Source: Octopus sinensis
Taxonomy: Eukaryota
Direction of reading: 5' to 3'
NCBI RefSeq assembly: GCF_006345805.1
Contig: NC_043002.1
Coordinates: 102,114,001 to 102,178,000 of the forward strand
DNA length: 64,000 nucleotides
Positions 54,211 through 64,000 of the stretch are shown here, in pieces (position 1 is the first letter of the stretch; every line of letters starts with the position of its first letter). Below the pieces are notes generated by a model. It did no database searches, had not been told where the DNA came from, and saw only the letters and a list, made by a program, of their open reading frames with translations. The position numbers and the translations under genes are program-made.

Positions 54211-57200
54211 TCAAAACCCAACCGCAACACAACGCCCACAACCCAAAAACATATAAGCAAACATGCTCACAGCCATAGACACCCCAAAACACAAATTTGA
54301 TGGATACATCCAATCAAAAACACAACATACAGAAGATGACCATAAAACAAACAACCACCCCATACACAACACCACCAGACCACATCAAATAATACACATC
54401 TCAAAGTCCTGCACCACACACTCAAAGGCATTTCCCCAGTGCGGTGGAAATGCCAAAAATATCTCACAAAGAAACTGTACTGGGATCTTCTCGAGGACAA
54501 ACCACGGAGGAGAAAGCAAAACTTTCGAGCAGTAAGTAACCCTCTGTATTCTAATTCATTAGACTATGATCAAGATTGGTTGTGTAATGCGCGTGGCTTG
54601 GGTCCCCTGGAAACAAGGGTACCTCTTAAATGACATAAAGTCACATAAGTTAGAAATCATAGCCATAAGCGAGACCAGACTCCACAATCCGCGGGCCCTA
54701 AAGACCATGTTTGCGGACAGTTCAACATTTATTTTTCCCCTGTCTGCCGAGAATGGGCGGTAGTGGCACCGCGCGTACTTTTTCACAAGAGTCTGGATCT
54801 CAATGTAAGGACAATATTCGTAGACCCGGAGGGTAGACTGGTCGTCCTGGATGTCGACGGCAGCAATGGGTGCGCTTTTCGGCTCGTATCAGTTTACGCA
54901 CCGCCCTTAACAGGTCGGGCGGATTTCTTTCAGCGTCTAGAAGTTTTCTTGGGAACGTCTCGTCCTTTACTCTTAGTGGGGATTGGATGCTACCTTGGAC
55001 ACGCATGTAGACTACGTGGTAGAGATAGGAATAGACGGGGATGCAAAGACCTCAGAGACCTGCTCAGACCTTTCAACTGTCTGACAGGTTCGACTAGACC
55101 ACCCGAATGCGCCAACGTGGACAGGGAGCAACCGCATCGGGTCGTCGAGATCGTATCAGATAGGATACTGTGTAGGACAGTAGATAGAGATAGCATAGGA
55201 TGTCCACAATTCCACATAGTCAGCTACACGGATCACAAACTTGTGACATGTACGCTAGACTTAGGTAAGACACTTAGGCAGGGTCCCGGATATGGAAACT
55301 AAACGCGTCTTTCCCATCGAGACAAGTTTCAGAGACCGGATTAGCACACTAGTAAAGAGGGCTTTGACGGGAGCCATCATCAACAACAAATGGTGGTTTG
55401 CCCTCAAGAGAGCAGTAAAAGCAGAAGCGATTAGGTACAGCAAAGCACTAGCCATAGATAGAAATAGAGTAGAGGGTGAGCTAGTTAAGAAGCTAGAAGA
55501 GCAATTAGAAGCGGCATCGCATCCGACGTTTTGGCGGCGATGTTTGGCCCTCGACCAACACTTCAACGCCAAACACGAAGGATGTGCTGTCAGAGCTAGG
55601 ATGCGTGCTCTAGGAACGAAGGTGTTGGAGCCGCGAGAGAGGCCCGGGTGGCAGAGGCGCAACAGGGCAACAAAGCCACCATTCGGTCACTGGTAGATGA
55701 ACAGGGGGCGCGAATTGCTCGAGCCAAGTAAAATGTGTGAGGCCTTCAGCAGCATTTTGCCCGACTGTTCGGAACGAGTGGATGGGCAAAACGTAGGGTG
55801 GACTTCAGTGCCTACCTACATAGCCTACCACGACTCTCGACAAGAAGGCAGGGTGCTGCGAAGGTGCCATCACGGCGGGCGGAAGTGGGGAAGCGATGGC
55901 AGAATGCTCGAGGGACAAATCACCGGGTTTGGTGGTCTACCCTACGAGCTTTACAATTGTATGCCAGACTTGTTTGGAGATCTCTTGGCGGCGGTGTACT
56001 GCAACTGGCAGCAAACGGGAGCATTCCTGGTTTGTGAGCCGAGGAGCCGTAACACTGCTGAAGAAGATCTAAACAGGGAAATGTAATAGATAACTTTAGG
56101 CCCATCACTCTGCTTAATGCAGACTTGAAAATTTGGCCAGGTGCTAGCCAGAGGTTGGCGCTTGTCATCGAGAAATGGTCGACAAGGCGCAAAACATGCG
56201 CCGTGCCAGGCCGGACCATCCATGACAACCTCCATCTGATGCGCTACATCATAGACAGGGTAGTTAACGAACCTGGATGGGTGGGGGGCCCTGATCAACT
56301 TGGATCAATCGAAAGCCTTTGATAGGGTAGACCATCGATACTTGGAAGCAGTCCTGAGAGCGGCTGGTTTCGGTCCCGTCTTCCGCGGCTGGAGATAGCT
56401 GCCTTGTACAGAGGCATCCGTTCGGTAATTCGCGTAAATGGACATCTATCGAGACCTTTCGACATTGCACGTTCGGTCCGTCAGGGATGCCCCTCTCGGC
56501 GCTTCTATACGTATTGACTCTTGAGCCACTACTGCGGAAGCTGGCGACTCTAAGGGGCATCCCGCGAGAATTGGGATGCGGGACGAGCGTGTCTGCATAC
56601 GCGGACGACGTCACCGTCATAGTGTCTAGCCACGAGCACATCGAGCTGGTCGGCGAGACACTGAAAAACTACGAAGCGGTGACAGGAGCGAAAATCAACC
56701 GGGAAAAGTCAGTGGGCTTGCGACTAGGCACATGGAGAAGCAAGCCATGCCGTCCACCAGCGCCTCCGTCGTGGACGCTGGGACGACGGCCCGGTTGAGT
56801 TGCTCGGGGTCTGGTTTGGTCCGGACCTCCAAGTGGAGAAGAACTGGAACGAGATAACGAGTAGGGTGGTCACTCTCGCCCGGCAATGGGCCGAGAGGAA
56901 ACTGTCCCTAAAAGGTCGAGAGGAGGTGGCGAACACGTACATCGCGTCCGTCATCTACTACCGCCTGACCGTCGTACCTTGTCCCGACCCTACCATCACC
57001 AAACTACAACGCATCCTCTTTCGCTTCTTGTGGAAAGGATGCCGTCCCGATGGTCAGGCGATCCATTTGCTGTCAAACCCGTTAAAAGGAGGGGCTGGGC
57101 ATGCCGTGTGTGGTGATGTGCGGCAGACGCGCTGAGACTGCGACATCTCTGGCTCTATGTAGACGACGGTGAACAGGTGTGGTCGCCGTTTGTGAGGCAC

Positions 57201-58364
57201 GCTTTCCCGCAGCTCGTCTCATGACCGAACTGCAGTCGTGGATCAAAAAGAGGCCGAGAAGGGCGAATGGCACCGCGGTGTCGCGTTGCTCTCAAGCAAC
57301 TCTGCCGTCCTGGGTCGACCTTAAGTGACTTCAACACAACCAAAGCATTCTATAGGGGTTTAGTGGAGGGGAGGTACGACGACGAGCTCGGGGCGAACCT
57401 GGACGTCGACGAGGAGTAGTACCTGACCCGCCTGTTCGGGACGACTTTCGGGCCAGGGCCATGGACAACTTCCAGAGATCCCTGGCCTGGCAGTGCTACC
57501 GAGAAGCGCTTACCCGTTCGGGATAGCTCTACAGACACGGCTCGAGAAACACGGGCCGACCTGCCCGAGATGCGGTTCAGAGCGACGAAACCGTTCTGCA
57601 CGCACTCGTTCAGTGTCCAACAATTTCCGACCTGTGGGCTTATGTCGAACAACTGCTGTCACGTGTGGGACGAGTCGGTTTATCAGCTGAGTCTATCGTT
57701 CAATATTGTCACGCCTCCTTCCTTCAAACGGGAGGAAGAGCTATTTTCATCATCCTTGTGGCTATGGCGAAAGAATGTATCTGGGGACGCGTCTGAAAGG
57801 ATTGGAGACAAACACTTTCCTCTCTGGTCAATCTCTCATCAACTTCTTCAAGTACCACTTGAAAGGAAAGTGAGAGTAGAGAGGCAAGTTTTGTCTAGCG
57901 AATGTTTTAAAAAAAAAGATGGGTGAATGTAGCAAGAATGGCCACGTATGAATGACGAAGCCACCTTGAACAGAAATCGAAAACAGAGAGTTGCTTATTT
58001 GCAACAAAAAAAAAAAAAAAAAAAAAAATATAAAATGTGACTTCATTGACCGAGGTTACCGTGGCCTTTTCCGCAGGCTTTTCTTTCCACGGGTAAACCT
58101 CACCTGTCCTCCCCTTTACACTTCATATTGACATTTCTGTGATAACGATCCCTATTGATCATTTTTTTTTCCGCTCACCCCTTTTTTTTTTTTTTTTTTT
58201 TTTTTAACCCCCCTTATTTTTGTCCTCTTTCTCTCCTTTTACGATCCTTTTGATCGAACCCTCCCTTCCTTTTTTTTTTTGTTTTTTTTTAATACCTTCA
58301 AAAGAAAAGCTCTACCTGTAATTTGTTCTATCTGTGTGCAGCCCTGTGTGGCTAATAAAGAAAC
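54211..58364 (+). mobile_element. Tx1-like subfamily A, 5'-truncated copy (A2) starting in the ORF1 C-terminal region
   Basis: Colinear with A1 from ~50030 onward; ORF2 remnant 54566-~57970 with many 1-nt indels; same 3' end followed by (TATC)n. Confidence 0.92.
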
Positions 58365-58390
58365 ATATCTATCTATCTATCTATCTATCT

Positions 58391-59547
58391 GCGCAGACAT
58401 GCGCTGAGACTGCGACATCTCCGGCGCTTCATAGACAACGGTGAACAGGGGTGGTCGCCTTTTGTGCGGCGCGCTTTCCCGCAGCTCGTCTCCTTGGACG
58501 AACTACAGTCATGGATCAAGCAGAGACCGAGGTAGCGAATGGCACCGCGAGTGTCGCGTTGCTCTCAAGCAACTCTGCCGTCCGGGATCGAACTTGTGCG
58601 ACTCCATCACAACAAAGGCCTTCTATAGAGGATTAGTGGAGGGGAGGGTGCGACGACGAAACTCGGGCAGAGTCTGGGCGTCCGACGAGAACACCTGACC
58701 CCCTGTTCAGGACAACTTTCGGGCCGGGACCTATGAACAATCACCAAAGATCCCTGGCCTGGCAGTGCTATCGAGAAGCATTACCTGTTCGGGATAAGCT
58801 CTACAGACACGGTTCCAAACACACTGGACCGACTTGCCCGAGATGCGGTCAGAGCGACGAAACCGTTCTGCACGCACTCGTGCAATGTCCAACCATTTCC
58901 GACTGTGGGCTTATGCCGAACGGCTGCTGTCACGTGTGGACGAATCCGCCTATCGGCCGAGTCTATCGTGACAATTGCTCGCCCCCTTCCCTCAACCGGG
59001 AAGGCAAGGCATTTTTCATCGTACTGGTGGCCATGGTGAAAGAATGTGTGTGGTGGACTCGAGCGAAAGGTAGAGACAAACACTTACCTCTCTGGCCCAA
59101 TCGCTTCATCAACTTTTTCAAGTACCACTTGAAGGAAGGTGAGAATGGAGAGGGAAAGTTTTGTCTCGCGAAAGATTCAAAAAAAATGGGTGAATGTTGC
59201 AAAGATGTGCGTGCTAGTACAACGAAACCATTTGAGCATGATCCTGTAGATCGTAAAAGAAAGAAAGAGAGGCATTTTTGACCTCATGTGTTTATTTCCT
59301 CCCTGACTGGGGTTCCCGTGGTCTTTTCTGTAAGCTTTTCTTCCCACGGATGAACCCAATCTTGTTATATCAATGTTTACACCATTATTTCTGTGATACA
59401 CGATTTTCCTTTTTTCCTTTTTTTCCTCCTCTCGATCCCTTTTGATCGCAATCTTACATTTTTATTTTTTTCCACCCTCGAAAAGAAAAGTTCTGCATTT
59501 GTATTTGTCCCCTCTGTATTCAGCCCTGTGTGGCTAATAAAAGAAAG

Positions 59548-59548
<1 letters not shown>
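58391..59548 (+). mobile_element. Tx1-like subfamily B, 5'-truncated 3' fragment (B1)
   Basis: Encodes RSLAWQCYREALPVRDKLYRHGSKHTGPTCPRCGQSDETVLHALVQCP; diverged from A, with a different 3'UTR but the same terminal cagccctgtgtggctaataaa; (TATC)n on both sides. Confidence 0.88.
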
Positions 59549-59584
<36 letters not shown>

Positions 59585-62500
59585 CAGACTCCACAATCCG
59601 CGGGCCCTAAAGACCATGTTTGGCGGACAGTTCAACATTTATTTTTCCCCCTGTCTGCCGAGAATGGGCGGTAGTGGCACCGCGGTACTTTTTCACAAGA
59701 GTCTGGATCTCAAAGTAAGGACAATATTCGTAGACCCGGAGGGTAGACTGGTCGTCCTGGATGTCGACGGCAGCAATGGGTGCGCTTTTCGACTCGTATC
59801 AGTTTACGCACCGCCCTTAACAGGTCGGGCGGATTTCTTTCAACGTCTAGAAGTTTTCTTGGGAACGTCTCGTCCTTTACTCTTAGTGGGGGATTGGAAT
59901 GCTACCTTGGACACGCATGTAGACTACGTGGGTAGAGATAGGAATAGACGGGGATGCAAATGCCTCAGAGACCTGCTCAGACGCTTTCAACTGTCTGACA
60001 GGTTCCGACTAGACCACCCGAATGCGCCAACGTGGACATGGAGCAACCGCATCGGGTCGTCGAGATCGTATCTAGATAGGATACTGTGTAGGACAGTAGA
60101 TAGAGATAGCATAGGATGTCCACAATTCCACATAGTCAGCTACACGGATCACAAACTTGTGACATGTACGCTAGACTTAGGTAAGACACTTAGGCAGGGT
60201 CCCGGATACTGGAAACTAAACGCGTCTTTCCCATCGAGACAAGTTTTCAGAGACCGGATTAGCACACTAGTAAAGAGGGCTTTGACGGGAGCCATCATCA
60301 ACAACAAATGGTGGTTTGCCCTCAAGAGAGCAGTAAAAGCAGAAGCGATTAGGTACAGCAAAGCACTAGCCATAGATAGAAATAGAGTAGAGGGTGAGCT
60401 AGTTAAGAAGCTAGAAGAGGCAATTAGAAGCGGCATCGCATCCGACGTTTTGGCGGCGAGGTTGGCCCTCGACCAACACTTCAACGCCAAACACGAAGGA
60501 TGTGCTGTCAGAGCTAGGATGCGTGCTCTAAGGAACGAAGGTGTTGGAGCCGCGAGAGAGGCCCGGGTGGCAGAGGCGCAACAGGGCAACAAAGCCACCA
60601 TTCGGTCACTGGTAGATGAACAGGGGCGCGAATTGCTCGAGCCAAGTAAAATGTGTGAGGCCTTTCAGCAGCATTTTGCCCGACTGTTCGGAACGAGTGG
60701 AGGGCAAGAACGTAGGGTGGACTTCAGTGCCTACCTACATAGCCTACCACGACTCTCGACAAGAAAGGCAGGGTGCTGCGAAGGTGCCATCACGGCGGCG
60801 GAAGTGCGGGAAGCGATGGCAGAATGCTCGAGGGACAAATCACCGGGTTTGGATGGTCTACCCTACGAGCTTTACAATTGTATGCCAGACTTGTTTGGAG
60901 ATCTCTTGGCGGCGGTGTACTGCAACTGGCAGCAAAACGGGAGCATTCCTGGTTTTGTGAGCCGAGGAGCCGTAACACTGCTGAAGAAAGATCTAAACAA
61001 GGGAAATGTAATAGATAACTTTAGGCCCATCACTCTGCTTAATGCAGACTTGAAAATTTTGGCCAAGGTGCTAGCCAAGAGGTTGGCGCTTGTCATCGAG
61101 AAACTGGTCGACAAGGCGCAAACATGCGCCGTGCCAGGCCGGACCATCCATGACAACCTCCATCTGATGCGCTACATCATAGACAGGGTAGTTAACGAAC
61201 CTGGCATGGGTGGGGCCCTGATCAACTTGGATCAATCGAAAGCCTTTGATAGGGTAGACCATCGATACTTGGAGGCAGTCCTGAGAGCGGCTGGTTTCGG
61301 TCCCGTCTTCCGCGGCTGGATAGCTGCCTTGTACAGAGGCATCCGTTCGGTAATTCGCGTAAATGGACATCTATCGAGACCTTTCGACATTGCACGTTCG
61401 GTCCGTCAGGGATGCCCCCTCTCGGCGCTTCTATACGTATTGACTCTTGAGCCACTACTGCGGAAGCTGGCGACTCTAAGGGGCATCCCGCGAGAATTGG
61501 GATGCGGGACGAGCGTGTCTGCATACGCGGACGACGTCACCGTCATAGTGTCTAGCCACGAGCACATCGAGCTGGTCGGCGAGACACTGAAAAACTACGA
61601 AGCGGTGACAGGAGCGAAAATCAACCGGGAAAAGTCAGTGGGCTTGCGACTAGGCACCTGGAGAAGCAAGCCCATGCCGTCCACCAGCGCCTCCGTCGTG
61701 GGACGCTGGACCGACGGCCCGGTTGAGTTGCTCGGGGTCTGGTTTGGTCCGGACCTCCAAGTGGAGAAGAACTGGAACGAGATAACGAGTAGGGTGGTCA
61801 CTCTCGCCCGGCAATGGGCCGAGAGGAAACTGTCCCTAAAAGGTCGAGCGGAGGTGGCGAACACGTACATCGCGTCCGTCATCTACTACCGCCTGACCGT
61901 CGTACCTTGTCCCGACCCTACCATCACCAAACTACAACGCATCCTCTTTCGCTTCTTGTGGAAAGGATGCGTCCCGATGGTCAGGCGATCCATTTGCTGT
62001 CAACACCCGTTAAAAGGAGGGCTGGGCATGCCGTGGTTGATGATGCGCAGACACGCGCTGAGACTGCGACATCTCTGGCTCTATGTAGACGACGGTGAAC
62101 AGGTGTGGTCGCCGTTTGTGAGGCACGCTTTCCCGCAGCTCGTCTCCATGACCGAACTGCAGTCGTGGATCAAAAAGAGGCCGAGGAAGGGCGAATGGCA
62201 CCGCGAGTGTCGCGTTGCTCTCAAGCAACTCTGCCGTCCTGGGTCGACCTTAAGTGACTTCAACACAACCAAAGCATTCTATAGGGGTTTAGTGGAGGGG
62301 AGGTACGACGACGAGCTCGGGGCGAACCTGGACGTCGACGAGGAGTACCTGACCCGCCTGTTCGGGACGACTTCGGGCCAGGGCCCATGGACAACTTCCA
62401 GAGATCCCTGGCCTGGCAGTGCTACCGAGAAGCGCTACCCGTTCGGGATAAGCTCTACAGACACGGCTCGAGAAACACGGGGCCGACCTGCCCGAGATGC

Positions 62501-63199
62501 GGTCAGAGCGACGAAACCGTTCTGCACGCACTCGTTCAGTGTCCAACAATTTCCGACCTGTGGGCTTATGTCGAACAACTGCTGTCACGTGTGGGACGAG
62601 TCGGTTTATCAGCTGAGTCTATCGTCAATATTGTCACGCCTCCTTCCTTCAAACGGGAAGGAAGAGCTATTTCATCATCCTTGTGGCTATGGCGAAAGAA
62701 TGTATCTGGTGGACGCGTCTGAAAGGATTGGAGACAAACACTTTCCTCTCTGGTCAATCTCTCATCAACTTCTTCAAGTACCACTTGAAAAGGAAAGTGA
62801 GAGTAGAGAGGCAAGTTTTGTCTAGCGAATGTTTTAAAAAAAGATGGGTGAATGTAGCAAGAATGGCACGTATGAATGACGAAGCCACCTTGAGCATAGT
62901 CCTATGAACCCAGAAATCGAAAACAGAGAGTTGCTTATTTGCAAAAAAAAAAAAATAAAAAAAGAAATATAAATGTGACTTCATTGACCGAGGTTACCGT
63001 GGTCTTTTCCGCAGGCTTTTCTTTCCACGGGTAAACCTCACCTGTCCTCCCCTTTACACTTCATATTGACATTTCTGTGATAACGATCCCTATTGATCAT
63101 TTTTTTTCCTCTCCCCCCCCCCTTTTTTTTTTTTTTAACCCCCCTTATTTTTGTCCTCTTTCTCTCCTTTTACGATCCCTTTTGATCGAACCTCCCCCT

Positions 63200-63233
<34 letters not shown>

Positions 63234-63304
63234 CCTTCAAAAGAAAAGCTCTACCTTGTAATTTGTTCTATCTGTGTGCAGCCCTGTGTGGCTAATAAAG
63301 AAAC
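59585..63304 (+). mobile_element. Tx1-like subfamily A, 5'-truncated copy (A3) with near-intact ORF2
   Basis: Starts inside the endonuclease region (cagactccacaatcc), about 40 codons after the ORF2 start seen in A1; full 3'UTR; (TATC)n on both sides. Confidence 0.93.
59616..62907 (+). CDS. ORF2 polyprotein: APE-type endonuclease, reverse transcriptase and CCHC zinc finger (L1/Tx1 clade); N-terminally truncated, with small frameshifts near the C-terminus
   Basis: 1069-aa open frame 59616-62825 with endonuclease motifs GDWN, YLDRI, TDH and RT motifs NFRPITLLNAD, DQSKAFDRVDH, SVRQGCPLS, AYADDV. The true C-terminus continues in frames 62387-62722 (CPRC..H..C) and 62683-62907. Confidence 0.93.
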
Positions 63305-63305
63305 A

Positions 63306-63460
<155 letters not shown>

Positions 63461-63472
63461 TATCTATCTATC

Positions 63473-64000
63473 ACAAAGGCATTCTATAGAGGATTAGTGG
63501 AGGGAGGATGCGACGACGAACTCGGGCAGAGTCTGGCGTCGACGAGGAACACTGACCCGCCTGTTCAGGACAACTTTCGGGCCGGGACCTATGAACAATC
63601 ACCAAAGATCCCTGGCCTGGCAGTGCTATCGAGAGCATTACCTGTTCGGGATAAGCTCTACAGACACGGTTCCAGACACACTGGACCGACTTGCCCGAGA
63701 TGCGGTCAGAGCGACGAAACCGTTCTGCACGCACTCGTGCAATGTCCAACCATTTCCGACCTGTGGGTTATGCCGAACGGCTGCTGTCACGTGTGGGACG
63801 AATCCGCCTATCGGCCGAGTCTATCGTGAGAATTGCTCCGCCCCCTTCCCTCAACCGGGAAGGCAAGGCAGTTTTCATCGTACTGGTGGCCATGGTGAAA
63901 GAATGTGTGTGGTGGACTCGAGCGAAAGGATTAGAGACAAACACTTACCTCTTGGCCAATCGCTCATCAACTTTTTCAAGTACCACTTGAAAAGGAAGGT
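63473..64000 (+). mobile_element. Tx1-like subfamily B, 5'-truncated fragment (B2), cut by the window end
   Basis: Near-identical to B1 from ~58613 onward but with a different 5' breakpoint; preceded directly by (TATC)n. Confidence 0.88.

Noticed and set aside
62940-63235. ENE-type triple helix from the internal A tract and U tracts in the 3'UTR
   Set aside because: No G-rich strand to close the C-rich flanks of the U tracts, and subfamily B lacks the A tract.
48737-63304. Array as a pure assembly artefact or simple tandem duplication
   Set aside because: Copies have distinct 5' breakpoints with target microhomology, two subfamilies are interleaved, and A1 has a private deletion. Read-level confirmation is still needed.

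Overview
AT-rich, microsatellite-dense eukaryotic DNA made mostly of transposable elements. An octopus/cephalopod origin is inferred from the repeat landscape, not proven. No host gene could be named; two weak minus-strand exon candidates were seen. Bases 1-48,280 are a patchwork of tRNA-derived SINEs, decayed LINEs (R4/Dong-like in (TAA)n, CR1/L2-like, RTE, old Tx1-like), Penelope-like remnants with a hammerhead ribozyme motif, hAT and Merlin-type MITEs, Helitron ends, mariner and possible DIRS remnants, and a 67-bp minisatellite. Main observation: 48,285-64,000 is a head-to-tail array of six young Tx1-clade (L1 superfamily) retrotransposon copies from two subfamilies. All lie on the + strand, start at different 5' positions, and are joined directly to (TATC)n/(GATA)n tracts with no poly(A) tail, which suggests a (GATA)n-targeting, site-specific element. 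Its 3'-terminal hairpin plus AATAAA is shared with the tail of an abundant SINE family in the same window, suggesting a SINE-LINE partnership.
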